Below, one piece after another: positions 16,800-26,831 of a DNA stretch of 64,000 nt. The notes beneath the pieces are model-generated. The model was not told the origin of the DNA. It worked only from the letters and a program-made list of their open reading frames with translations, and did no database searches. Location: sequence record NC_055712.1. The stretch is one strand, 5' to 3'. The stretch is from Escherichia phage phT4A. Both the position numbers and the translations under genes were made by a program. Numbering within the stretch: the stretch's first letter is position 1; every line of letters begins with the position of its first letter.

Positions 16800-18309
16800 T
16801 GAACTTGCGTCTACTCTGAAAACCAAAGAGAAAGAAGCAATTTTAAAACGTAATGCCGATAATGAATTATTGAAAGAAGTTTTCCGCATTACGTATACAA
16901 AACAGATTATGTTTTATGTGCGTCAATTTCCTCTGGTAGAAGGGAAACCAGGCACAACACCGCTTTCCGATGCAATCAAAGCATTGCTGGAAGATTTAGC
17001 AAGCCGGAAATATACAGGCAATGCAGCGCGTGATCGTTTACTGGATATTGTATCATCAGTGAACATTAACGATCGTGAAGTGCTACGCCGTATCATTAAC
17101 CGCGATCTGGAATGTGGTGCTGGCACAACCTTACCAAACAGGGTATGGAAGAAACTCATTCCTGAACAGCCTCAATGCCTCGCTACGCCGTTTAGTGAAA
17201 AGGCTTTACGTCGCATCATTTTCCCTGCTTACTCGCAGCTTAAAGCCGATGGTGCGCGTTGTATGGCTGATTTGTTGGAAGCATTAAACCGTAAAGTATC
17301 GAGGGCGGGTAACGAGTACGAAGGGTTAACCCAACTTGATATCGATCTGAAAAAGATTCGCGATTATCTGGGATATGATGTAGTTCTGGATGGAGAATTG
17401 ATTTATGTTCCTTCCGGAACCGTACCAACATTACCTGAACCTGAAACAGACATGCCTTTTTCTTTATCTGCTTTCATGGACGATGATGATAACGACATTG
17501 CGTTATTTGCGGAAGAAGTTCGCAAAGTATCGACCCCAGAAGAAGAACAGGCCGAAGCAAAACGCGAAGAAGGGAACGGGATCGTAAACAAATCTCTGAA
17601 AGGGACGATCACCGAAGAAGAACAGCGAAACATTGTTTATGTTGTTTGGGATATTATTCCATATGAGGTGTATTACGGCGAAGCTGAAAGTGTTCAGACT
17701 TATGATGAACGGTTTAGCCTGTTGCGTGATATCCTCCTGGATCTTTCTCTGCCTTCTGTTCGTTTGATTCAGTCTAAGCTGGTTAATAACATTGCAGAAG
17801 CGAAACAGGACTATAACAATTACCGCAATGACGGTAAAGAAGGTTCTATTCTCAAAAACAGAAACTTCAAATGGAAAGATTCGCGAGTAGCCGATCAGGT
17901 TAAGCTGAAAAACAAAACCCCGATTGAACTACGGATCATTGATATCTACGCGCACACTAAAGAAGACCATAAGGTCGGCGGGTTTGTGGTGGAAGATTTA
18001 TCCGGAATGGCTCGAACGAATACCGGATCTGGGTTAACTGATACCGATTATCGTTACGATGATGATGGTATTACCCGTGTATACATTCCATTAGATGAAC
18101 GTGGTGAACTGGATCGCGAATACATCATGGCGCATAAAGATGAATACATTGGGGCCATTGTAGAAATGGAAGTTGACGGCCTCCAGAAGTCGAAAACGCG
18201 TAAGAAAGGGGAACCGGAATACAGTTTCTTCCTTCCTATTATCAAGAAGATAAGACGCGATAAGACCGAACCCGACGATATTCATGTTGTCTTTGCAGAT
18301 CTATTTTGA
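16780..18309 (+). CDS. 30: ATP-dependent DNA ligase
   Basis: Collinear with T4 gp30 as recalled (MILSILNELAS..AILKRNADNELLKEVF..AQLKADGARC..NGIVNKSLKGTI). Confidence 0.9.
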   Translation: MILSILNELASTLKTKEKEAILKRNADNELLKEVFRITYTKQIMFYVRQFPLVEGKPGTTPLSDAIKALLEDLASRKYTGNAARDRLLDIVSSVNINDREVLRRIINRDLECGAGTTLPNRVWKKLIPEQPQCLATPFSEKALRRIIFPAYSQLKADGARCMADLLEALNRKVSRAGNEYEGLTQLDIDLKKIRDYLGYDVVLDGELIYVPSGTVPTLPEPETDMPFSLSAFMDDDDNDIALFAEEVRKVSTPEEEQAEAKREEGNGIVNKSLKGTITEEEQRNIVYVVWDIIPYEVYYGEAESVQTYDERFSLLRDILLDLSLPSVRLIQSKLVNNIAEAKQDYNNYRNDGKEGSILKNRNFKWKDSRVADQVKLKNKTPIELRIIDIYAHTKEDHKVGGFVVEDLSGMARTNTGSGLTDTDYRYDDDGITRVYIPLDERGELDREYIMAHKDEYIGAIVEMEVDGLQKSKTRKKGEPEYSFFLPIIKKIRRDKTEPDDIHVVFADLF

Positions 18310-18310
18310 T

Positions 18311-18348
18311 AAAAAGCCCTTGACTCCGGTCGGGGGCTTTGTTATATT
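18311..18348 (+). promoter_or_regulatory. hairpin-embedded early promoter cassette (PeSL-like)
   Basis: AAAAAGCCC-TTGACT-CCGGTCGGGGGCTTTGT-TATATT: -35 in hairpin loop, 17-nt spacer. Confidence 0.65.
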
Positions 18349-18385
18349 GGGCCTATCGAAACGTAAATCACTAAGAGAATATATT

Positions 18386-18955
18386 ATGACTAGTAGTTAT
18401 CAGAAACACAAAACCCTTATGGCAAACCTGTCCGGTAAACATATCGACGAAGTAAAATCTCTGCTGACAGTAACCGAAGGTTCCCGTTTTGACACAAATC
18501 ACATTATCAAACCTTCTGTGAAGAAAGTACTGAAAGTGATTTACCGACATCCGGTGTATCAGTGCGTTCATATCATGAACAGCAACGCATTTATTTTCGT
18601 ATATAACGAATCCGATGATAAGTGTGTTGGTATTTTCCGAAAACCTAACTTTGAATGCATGAGCGAAGCGGCTGTTGCAACCCCGATCGTTGAAGAATAT
18701 CCGGATTATGTTCAACGCAACATGCGTTATGTGCAATCCCGACTTGATTATGCATACGATTTCAATTCTGACGCGGTAGAAGCGCTGGCGGATATCCTTT
18801 GCAAAAACCAGAAAGATCGTCAAATGACAAAATATCTGACTGACCCAACACCGTCAACAATCCGAATTTCTGTCGAAGTTCCGTTTGAAAATCATTTCAT
18901 GGCGGTTGAAGCACTTGCTAAACTTGGTTTAGAAGTGAAAACAGAAGCCGTTTAA
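18386..18955 (+). CDS. hypothetical protein (189 aa)
   Basis: Start moved to ATG 18386, downstream of the promoter cassette. Confidence 0.65.
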   Translation: MTSSYQKHKTLMANLSGKHIDEVKSLLTVTEGSRFDTNHIIKPSVKKVLKVIYRHPVYQCVHIMNSNAFIFVYNESDDKCVGIFRKPNFECMSEAAVATPIVEEYPDYVQRNMRYVQSRLDYAYDFNSDAVEALADILCKNQKDRQMTKYLTDPTPSTIRISVEVPFENHFMAVEALAKLGLEVKTEAV

Positions 18956-18970
18956 TAGCACTTTTTGTTA

Positions 18971-19009
18971 AAGAAGCCTCTTGCAATGCAGGGGGCTTTT
19001 TTGTATAGT
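18971..19009 (+). promoter_or_regulatory. hairpin-embedded early promoter cassette (PeSL-like)
   Basis: AAGAAGCCTC-TTGCAA-17 nt-TATAGT, followed by leader CATCGAAACGAAACAGACAAAAGGAA. Confidence 0.65.
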
Positions 19010-19046
19010 GTGTTCATCGAAACGAAACAGACAAAAGGAACATCAC

Positions 19047-19337
19047 ATGAACTTCATCGATATCAACAAAGATTTGGAAGGTAAAAACATCAAACTCGTT
19101 AACCGTGAAATGTTAGAGAGTCTTGGTAACGGTGGCGAAAAATTCAGTGAAGAATTCTATAACAATTTATCGTTGATGACGGTCAAGCGCGTTGATGTTC
19201 AGGGTGGTTCTGGTTGGGTTTCTGCAATTCCGGTTTCCCTTGTAGATCAAGCAACATATGACCCAGTTGCGGATTCATGGGATCTGGAAATGCCGTTGGT
19301 ATTCGAAGAAGTCATGAAGTGTTACGAAATCGCATAA
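19047..19337 (+). CDS. hypothetical protein (96 aa)
   Basis: Start moved to ATG 19047 after promoter and leader. Confidence 0.65.
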   Translation: MNFIDINKDLEGKNIKLVNREMLESLGNGGEKFSEEFYNNLSLMTVKRVDVQGGSGWVSAIPVSLVDQATYDPVADSWDLEMPLVFEEVMKCYEIA

Positions 19338-19347
19338 GGGTATTATT

Positions 19348-19659
19348 ATGAATAGCGGAAAATTACAAATGAAAGTTAGCGAAGAAGAAGTTAAAGAGCG
19401 GTTATCGGTAGCAAGAAGATTCCTTGAATCTATCGACCCTGATAAACTTGGAAAATGCCCTGATACGATTTGCCTTAATTGTGGGCGTTCTGTTCTTGTT
19501 GGTAAGTGTTGCGATAATCCAAATATAGTTGTGATGGAAAAGGAACAAGTATCCCCCGAAACATGGGATCAGATCCAGGAAATCATTAAAAACCCTCCAG
19601 CGCCAACTAAGAAATTACGTGAATTGATGACAAGGAAAATGAAATATGAGCAAATTTAA
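19348..19659 (+). CDS. hypothetical Cys-rich protein (103 aa)
   Basis: ORF track; CPDTICLNCG..GKCCDNP possible zinc site. Confidence 0.6.
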   Translation: MNSGKLQMKVSEEEVKERLSVARRFLESIDPDKLGKCPDTICLNCGRSVLVGKCCDNPNIVVMEKEQVSPETWDQIQEIIKNPPAPTKKLRELMTRKMKYEQI

Positions 19660-20023
19660 ATTGAGTGCAACCGTTCGCCTTATTCGTTGGAATGGTGAAG
19701 AGATCCGTTATGATGACCCCGAATTCGCCCATGAAATTCTTTCGCATCGTTTGGGATTGAAAAACGCGTCATTGGTTCAAACTGTTAAAACATCAGCAGA
19801 GCCGGAAATTTGGCGTTGTGTTATTCTGGATCTCGATAACAACATTGATTATGATGATCCTAAGAACTATCCTCTTCTGGAAGCACAAGTTGAGAATGCT
19901 CCAGAAGACAGACAGTGTTTTTTGGTTGAGTTACCACGCGAACATTACGAAAACATCATAAAGGCCCGTAAAAAGGTCAATAACAATGTTTTCGATCTCC
20001 ACCTCGGATTGTTTGAGGATTAA
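19646..20023 (+). CDS. hypothetical protein (125 aa)
   Basis: ORF track; stop overlaps stop of convergent gene (TTAA). Confidence 0.6.
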   Translation: MSKFKLSATVRLIRWNGEEIRYDDPEFAHEILSHRLGLKNASLVQTVKTSAEPEIWRCVILDLDNNIDYDDPKNYPLLEAQVENAPEDRQCFLVELPREHYENIIKARKKVNNNVFDLHLGLFED

Positions 20024-21129
20024 GTACTGCTAGTTGTGTTCGTAGTAGCGGCGCTGGTAGGTTCCCCCACCTGTATACATTCAAGTGTTTGCAGGTGGAA
20101 ATCTTTTGATACGTCTCGAACACATTCAACGATCAGATATTTTCCTGCATACTCTTCCCCAAATACCTCAATGATTGCCCCTACCTTAACATCTAAACGA
20201 CCCTGCTTTATATCGAATCGGATCCGGCGTTCATAGCTGGATAACAATTGCATTTTAGACGCCTGGAAAGGTTTACCTTCTGAATCTGGGTTCTGAAAGT
20301 TGGTATCATAGATTGCATTACGGTTTGTGAAGATCCATGTATTTTCTGTGTCTGTATCAGCCAGTATGTCACCGTACATCTTTTTATCAGTCAATGACAG
20401 ACTAAAGAAACTGGCATCTTTAAACAGCGTTGTGTTATCCTTATGGGTAATATACTGGGCTTCTGTGAATATGACAGTATCACCAACAAACACGTTATCA
20501 ACGTTAAATTTGTATGCTGGGATCGGTGTCTGGGCCAGAATGTCAGTTGAACTTTTAAGGAAAATACCGGAACCATCTTCCCACAGATAACAGAAGTCAG
20601 AAGAAACTACACTTTGCCCGTTGTCCCTGATATAATCAAATATATCCTGATATGTACCATTTAGACATCCAGGAGGGATACGTATGTTACCGCCGTCAAC
20701 TTCGGGGGTAAGTAGTTTCATTTTGCTATACAGTGCCGTCATACACTCTGTAATCGTCTGTACGGCGTTGTTACTAAATGAACGGGCAAACTTACGTCTG
20801 AACGTTTTATGCAGCGGAGAGAGGTTCATACGCAGCACAGAACGGTTCTTATCGTCAGTATCTACGTTAGAGTAAAGCAATCCGTAATAATGTTGTTCCT
20901 GTGTACCGTTATACTGGAAAGATACCTGTATGATCGGCTGGATAAGTTGCTGATAGATTAACTGTGCGTCGTATATCTGCATCAGCGTTTCCGATGAGCC
21001 GTTAATCATCGTCTTTTCACTAAACGAGACAAGAGCGGGTAGCAATTCAGTATATGCGTTATCAATGTATTTTTCGTATGATGTATATAATTTAATCGAT
21101 GTGACTCGATTGACGATTTTTTCAGCCAT
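20020..21129 (-). CDS. 27: baseplate hub subunit, gp27-like (tentative)
   Basis: 369 aa, divergent from the 28-29-48-54 block; C-terminal S/T-rich tail and overall layout resemble T4 gp27 as recalled; strong SD AGGAGGG. Confidence 0.6.
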   Translation of the reverse strand: MAEKIVNRVTSIKLYTSYEKYIDNAYTELLPALVSFSEKTMINGSSETLMQIYDAQLIYQQLIQPIIQVSFQYNGTQEQHYYGLLYSNVDTDDKNRSVLRMNLSPLHKTFRRKFARSFSNNAVQTITECMTALYSKMKLLTPEVDGGNIRIPPGCLNGTYQDIFDYIRDNGQSVVSSDFCYLWEDGSGIFLKSSTDILAQTPIPAYKFNVDNVFVGDTVIFTEAQYITHKDNTTLFKDASFFSLSLTDKKMYGDILADTDTENTWIFTNRNAIYDTNFQNPDSEGKPFQASKMQLLSSYERRIRFDIKQGRLDVKVGAIIEVFGEEYAGKYLIVECVRDVSKDFHLQTLECIQVGEPTSAATTNTTSST

Positions 21130-21151
21130 AAAAATCCCTCCTAATATATCC

Positions 21152-21171
21152 TATTTACTAAATAGTAAATA
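21152..21171. promoter_or_regulatory. inverted repeat TATTTACTA-AA-TAGTAAATA in divergent hub-gene intergenic (late-promoter-like)
   Basis: Each strand presents AGTAAATA, two positions off the T4 late consensus TATAAATA. Confidence 0.35.
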
Positions 21172-21198
21172 ATGACCCAGGTTCAATTTGAGGCAATA

Positions 21199-21774
21199 AT
21201 GAAAAATAAAACTCTTGATAAATTTATGACTACACGGCTTGAAATCAAGAAGACTAACGTTAAAACCGTTCATCTTCCGGATGGAACAGCCATTGAGATC
21301 CCTAAGATGTCGTATCGTCATTTTGTAAAGATTAAGACTCTGAAAGATGACCCAGTTGCGATCATGCGATTCATCATTGATGACATCAAACCGCGTGAAC
21401 TAACAGCAGCGGAAATTGAATTTGTGTTGATCCATATGTATGCACACAATAACGCTGATTATGCCAATACGCTTAAAGAAATTGGGCTAAATCTTGATGA
21501 CCTCAAAATCTCCGAACCTTGCTATGATTTTACGTTTGACAATGTGCGGTTAGTCTTTGACAAACCCAGCCTGTTAAATGCTCACCTTCCGTTCCTCATC
21601 AAAGAGGCATATGTTGACGGTAAGCCAGTAGAATTAACTGAGGATAAACGAGACGAATTAATTAATTGCCTGTACCGATTCGAATATGATCAGGTATCGC
21701 GTGGTGTCCTCCAGGAAGTATACATTATTCATGAGGGGAAAACCATCAAAGGGCTTAACATCATTGGTGAATGA
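21199..21774 (+). CDS. baseplate hub protein, gp28-like (tentative)
   Basis: Start moved to ATG 21199 (SD GAGG); 191 aa; paralogous in layout to 25537 and 26277 products; precedes gp29. Confidence 0.55.
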   Translation: MKNKTLDKFMTTRLEIKKTNVKTVHLPDGTAIEIPKMSYRHFVKIKTLKDDPVAIMRFIIDDIKPRELTAAEIEFVLIHMYAHNNADYANTLKEIGLNLDDLKISEPCYDFTFDNVRLVFDKPSLLNAHLPFLIKEAYVDGKPVELTEDKRDELINCLYRFEYDQVSRGVLQEVYIIHEGKTIKGLNIIGE

Positions 21775-21776
21775 TA

Positions 21777-23551
21777 ATGGCTAACTCTTATTTCAACGAA
21801 GAACAAAAGAAAAAGTTCTGAACAGAAACAGCAACAAACAACCAGCGGTCACCAAAGTAACAGCCTCCCTTGATGCTGAAAGCGCCCGTGACCTAAAGGA
21901 AATCAACGATAACACCCTTGAAAGTGCAATCAATACTCTTGATATCAAAGAAGGGTTGAAATCGTTCGAAGAAAAATTCCGTGACAAATTCGCGGGGTTC
22001 AAAGAACAATACGAAGAGGATAAAAAGGAATCATTAGCCGAACAACTACCTGATTTCGTCGGCCCGATCCGTCCTATATCCTTAACCGATGATAACTCAA
22101 AAACTGTTGACAATACAGTAAACGTTAACCAAAATGGTCAGTTCGGTAAACTGGAAGAAAACACCGAATCTATTTTTCATGCTATTAACAAACTTGTTGA
22201 TTTATATGAAAATACTGATAAGCATAAGCCGCTTCCTGAACCAGTGGAAGAACCTGATCCGTATGTAGACACTAAGAAAAAACGCATCAATGATGATGAT
22301 GACAAAAGAAGCAAAACTCTGGATAGTATTGCTAAAAGTCTGGTTTCTATTAAAGGTTTTACATCGCAGATCCTTAGCCGTTTCATTGGTTACTCTCTGG
22401 AAGCAATGGCAAAGTTTGCTAAATGGACGCTCCTTATTGGTTCGTTAATCTTTACATTCGATGTGTTGCGCGTCACAATACGCAAATGGTTCGAAGATAT
22501 CCTGAAAGAAGGGGAATCCTCAAAGAAACTATTTGGTACATATCTGGGTAACGTAAAGGCTATCGTAACAAAGATCGAAGAAGGTTTGAACAACTTCAAT
22601 ATGAACAACTTAGGCGAATCACTTCGTGATTTGTTCGTTGAGCCTATGAAGTTGTTGGGGCAAACTGTACAAACGGCAATCACTGAGGGTATCGGTCGTC
22701 TTATTCAATCATTGGGTGAATCAACTGGCATAGACAGCATTACCAATGCCGGACGCGGAATGCAGATCACCGCTTTACGTGATAAACAGAAATTTGGTCT
22801 TGAATTGACTAAAGAAGATATTCTTATGATCAAGAAACAGGAACTAGAAGACCAAAAAGCGGCATTAGAAAAAGAAGATAAAGCTATTGCAGCACGTCAT
22901 GCATTAACAATAACTCCTTCTCAAATTCCTAATGGTTCTATCTATAAAGTTGCTCCTACTGATTATCAAGAAAGAAATCAGAAAACCGTAGATGCTGATA
23001 AAGAACGGCTTGATAATATGAAGAAAGCAACGGAAGAAATGCAGAAACAATACGATTTAGCTAAAAGCAGCGAAGAGGAAGCACAAAAATTAGCCGATGA
23101 GGAAAACAAACGCAACCGCGCACGTATAGAAGAAGCAAAAAGGTTAGAACAAGCGAGGAAGGAAGGAAAACAGCCGCCAGAAGGTGAAGAGAAAAAGGGT
23201 GATGATCTGTTGGGTAAAGCAACCAACTATGCTAACTCTGAAAATCTGGATGCAGCCGATATCAAATACATTAACGATGAACTGTTGGATCAGCTTGAAA
23301 AACGTCGTAATGAAGGCAATCTGGACGATGTACAGAAGGATAGAATCTCTGACCTTATCGAGAAATTGCAAAACAAGATTGCAGCCCGTACAGAATCCAG
23401 CGCCCCGATCGACGCACAGCCACCGTTAGCAGCAAATAAACCGGATGCTGATAAAGCAAGCAACATTCAGGTTAACAACAAAACTGTTAACAACAACGTA
23501 ACTCATTCAGTACAACGCACAGAGCATAAACCGCTCGTAGCGCTGGCATAA
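21777..23551 (+). CDS. 29: tail length determinator/baseplate hub gp29-like, needs -1 shift at A5 run 21810-21814
   Basis: ATG 21777 frame (MANSYFNEEQKKKF*) stops at 21821; the -1 frame is open from 21785 to 23551; joined length ~591 aa vs T4 gp29 590 aa; coiled-coil rich. Confidence 0.75.
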
Positions 23552-23561
23552 GGAACATATA

Positions 23562-24635
23562 ATGAAGTTTTCTATTATTGATGACAGTATAAACACTCTC
23601 AAAAATATTAAAAATCGCGGTATCCCCTCTGGGGGTGCCGCAATCACAGAATCAGTATTAAAGCAAACTATCGTTACCGCCGAATTTCCGGCCCAACGTG
23701 CAGCAGGTATCGATAACGCTTATAATGCTTCGAGTCTGTATAATAACGGCCTTCTGTTCACTGCATATGATTTTAATGGTGTTGGTAGTAAAGACAACTA
23801 TCGTTCATTACGTCAGGCAGCACAGAACCCAAAACAAATACTATCATCTGCGACGGGTAATGTTAAGTACAAACAAGTGTTGAATAGTTCTATTGGTACT
23901 ATGGAACCTGTTTGCCAGATCCTGCTACCGCGAAGCCTGAACGATAACGAAGTAAACAGCCACCGCTATCAAGATGCAAACGATAGTTTCTTAACCAAAG
24001 GGTTGAGCCGTGTTGTTTCAAACATGGTATGGGGCGCTGTAGAATCCGTTTCAGGCGGTATTATGGCAGACCGAAGAGAAGCCCTTGATGTTGGTACTAA
24101 AGCCGCTTTCCAGGGTTCTGACAAGCGAACAAAGATGTATTACAATACATTCGTGATTGAAAGCCGTAATGATTTGCTGGAACTGATTAAAATCTACTAT
24201 CTGTTTACTGTTCTGGGATATGGCACAACTTCTGGCGGTACTGCTAAAGAGGTTGCTGCATTGGTTAAACAGTATTACGGTGTTCTGGGTGCTAAAACCG
24301 CTAACGCAATTAGCCCTTCCAGTAACCCAGTAACAGCGTCAGATTTTGATAATAGTCTGGGTAATGACGTGGTTGATTTCATTTCAAACGTAGAGGTTAT
24401 TAAATCGCCTCCTGTCTGGTTTATTCGTGATTTCCAGTCTGGGGATTCCTTGCGTTTACCTCATTCAACCTTTGGGCCAGCAGGTATTACCAGTGTTCGC
24501 TTTGGTCGTTCTATTGATAATATTGTAAATACATTAAGAGAATCACCAAATACCCCGATCTCACTTGAGGTCGAAATTCAATTTATGGAACTGATCGATA
24601 TGCGTCAGGATTCTATTTTTGATACAAATTACTAA
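23562..24635 (+). CDS. 48: baseplate/tail-tube junction protein gp48-like
   Basis: 357 aa directly after gp29 (T4 gp48 is 364 aa); synteny-based. Confidence 0.6.
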   Translation: MKFSIIDDSINTLKNIKNRGIPSGGAAITESVLKQTIVTAEFPAQRAAGIDNAYNASSLYNNGLLFTAYDFNGVGSKDNYRSLRQAAQNPKQILSSATGNVKYKQVLNSSIGTMEPVCQILLPRSLNDNEVNSHRYQDANDSFLTKGLSRVVSNMVWGAVESVSGGIMADRREALDVGTKAAFQGSDKRTKMYYNTFVIESRNDLLELIKIYYLFTVLGYGTTSGGTAKEVAALVKQYYGVLGAKTANAISPSSNPVTASDFDNSLGNDVVDFISNVEVIKSPPVWFIRDFQSGDSLRLPHSTFGPAGITSVRFGRSIDNIVNTLRESPNTPISLEVEIQFMELIDMRQDSIFDTNY

Positions 24636-24641
24636 GGAGAT

Positions 24642-25508
24642 ATGATGTTTTACAACGTAGATGAATTTTTATCAGGTATGGCTAATCGCGATTTTCAGCG
24701 TAGCAACCTGTTTAGCGTTGTATTTGCAACCAGCCCTGCATCACGTATCCTTGACAACACGATCGGTAGTATTCGAGATACTTTGATTGATGGATCTATT
24801 AGTTCTATCAACGCGAACAACCCGAACGAATTCATTAATGCTATCACTGGCGGTGTGAGTAAATTGTTTAGTTACACCGTTGATAAGGCGATTATGTCGC
24901 TGAACAAAACAGGATTTAGCAAAATCATCGGGGCAATTAGCCCCCGTTTGATTACTTCCCTGTTTGGTGATAGCATGTATGGACAACTGCTATCTGAATT
25001 CCGTGATGAAATGATGTATAATATGGGTTTAAGCATTATGGGAGTTAACCTCCCTGGTAAATCCATTGGGTACGAATACGTTTATAATGGTGGCGTACCT
25101 CAAATCAGATTCACTCGCCCTGAGAATGGGGAATTGTCATTGACGTTCCGCACCGATTCAGAAGCCCGTAACCTGAAAATCTTTAACGAATGGATTTCCG
25201 CTATTCGCGATGATGTAACAGGACAATACGCCTTCATTGATGAAGTGACAAGTACTATTCAGGTTAACTTACACGATCGTGATGGTTCACCGCATACAAC
25301 ATACGTATTTCAGAAGTGCTTGCCCGTCAAAATCAGTAACAGTGAATTGAGCTATGAGAACAACAACGAAATCTGGACATTTACTGTTGATTTTGCCTAT
25401 AAAACATCATGGGTTGTCGAGGCTGATAAAGAAGGCTGGGAAGGGTTCAAACAATCCGTAGAGGAAGGTTTAGCCATTGCAGCACGTACCGCAATTACAG
25501 GACAATAA
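24642..25508 (+). CDS. 54: baseplate tail-tube initiator gp54-like
   Basis: 288 aa after gp48-like gene; synteny-based. Confidence 0.6.
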   Translation: MMFYNVDEFLSGMANRDFQRSNLFSVVFATSPASRILDNTIGSIRDTLIDGSISSINANNPNEFINAITGGVSKLFSYTVDKAIMSLNKTGFSKIIGAISPRLITSLFGDSMYGQLLSEFRDEMMYNMGLSIMGVNLPGKSIGYEYVYNGGVPQIRFTRPENGELSLTFRTDSEARNLKIFNEWISAIRDDVTGQYAFIDEVTSTIQVNLHDRDGSPHTTYVFQKCLPVKISNSELSYENNNEIWTFTVDFAYKTSWVVEADKEGWEGFKQSVEEGLAIAARTAITGQ

Positions 25509-25509
25509 A

Positions 25510-25527
25510 GGGGCTACGGCCCCTTTT
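25510..25527 (+). terminator. hairpin GGGGC-TACG-GCCCC plus TTTT (weak terminator/attenuator)
   Basis: Immediately after the gp54-like stop. Confidence 0.4.
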
Positions 25528-25536
25528 GAGGATCTT

Positions 25537-26280
25537 ATGTTTGATATTATTCGAGTAACATTACCATCAGGGATCAAACGATTCCCTATGTTTACAGTTA
25601 AAGACCAGTTTAAATTAATGCTGACCCGTATTGATATGGAAGGTCGGCCCCTTAAAGAGCAACAGGAAATACTGGATGAAGTGTTGGATCTGCTTTACCC
25701 TGGGTATTCCAAAACAGAACAGGAATACATTTTCAGCCGGGTGTATTGTGGTTCGTTCGGTAAAAACGTTATCAAGGTTGTGATAGGTGGTAAAGGTGGG
25801 GGCCACTCCGAAGCCTTCATGGTGATTAATGATATTCAACTGGAAAATGAATACAAGCTGAATGATGAAATCACATTAGGGTTTAACTTCCCCCGTACAC
25901 GCAATACAAGCGAAGAGTTGTTTCTTGAATGTATTAGTTATGTAATATACAACGAACAGCGCTATGAATGGACATCACTAACCGAAGAAACGAAAGAAAA
26001 TATTCTTGATATCGTCGAACTTGATGATGTCGAAAAAATCGTTACTATGCTAACGAAATCGGTTGATGTGTCTATGCGCGGTAAATCATTTAGTGGTATG
26101 TTAACCCTGTTCAAGATCCTGTTTAGTCGTGGGGATCTGGATGAATTTGTGAAGACCAACTATCTGCTAAATAAAAACGGCCTGAACCTGGAACCTATCA
26201 TGAATAGTAGCCCGATGGAAAGGCAAATTTATACTGCATTGCTTGCAGAAGACTTGAAAAAACAAGGTGCTGTTAAATGA
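25537..26280 (+). CDS. baseplate hub-associated protein (gp51/gp26 family-like, tentative)
   Basis: Start moved to ATG 25537 (SD GAGGA); 247 aa (T4 gp51 is 249 aa); layout paralogous to 21199 and 26277 products. Confidence 0.55.
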   Translation: MFDIIRVTLPSGIKRFPMFTVKDQFKLMLTRIDMEGRPLKEQQEILDEVLDLLYPGYSKTEQEYIFSRVYCGSFGKNVIKVVIGGKGGGHSEAFMVINDIQLENEYKLNDEITLGFNFPRTRNTSEELFLECISYVIYNEQRYEWTSLTEETKENILDIVELDDVEKIVTMLTKSVDVSMRGKSFSGMLTLFKILFSRGDLDEFVKTNYLLNKNGLNLEPIMNSSPMERQIYTALLAEDLKKQGAVK

Positions 26281-26831
26281 GAAAGCATGAATATAAACAC
26301 GTTGAGAAATATAATGTTGATTATCGTCCTCTGACACATACAGAGTTTACCCCCGACGCAGATTTTATCAAAGGGGATGTTTACCTGTATCAAAGAGAAT
26401 ATCTTTTCATTCTGGCACTTCTGGAAAGTAAAAATATTGATACCCGTCAACTGTTCATCAACTGTGAAGAATGTCAGGAAAGAATTGAATTCCAGCTTAA
26501 ACGCAATCAAATAATGGTTGAAGATTTCGACGATAAGCTATACGGCAATGACGGGATCGCGTTATCTGTTCACCCTCGTAAGACTGGTGATGAAGAAATC
26601 CCCGATCTTATCGATTACGTAATGATAGACGGCGAACAGATCATGTGGAGTGATTGCAGCGACAAAGATAAAGAAATGGTGTTGGATGCAATCGACTATG
26701 CAACCTATAAATCGATTTCTACCGCCCTGGATAAGCCAGCAGTGGTCGCAAACATTCCGGTAAGGTGTTCGTGTGGACATAGCCATATCGTCTCTCTGAG
26801 AGGCTTACAGCAATTTTTAAAGGTGGTCTAA
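26277..26831 (+). CDS. baseplate hub-associated protein (gp26-like, tentative)
   Basis: 184 aa; ATGA coupling; central DG..D.DK...L segment shared with the two paralogs. Confidence 0.55.
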   Translation: MRKHEYKHVEKYNVDYRPLTHTEFTPDADFIKGDVYLYQREYLFILALLESKNIDTRQLFINCEECQERIEFQLKRNQIMVEDFDDKLYGNDGIALSVHPRKTGDEEIPDLIDYVMIDGEQIMWSDCSDKDKEMVLDAIDYATYKSISTALDKPAVVANIPVRCSCGHSHIVSLRGLQQFLKVV

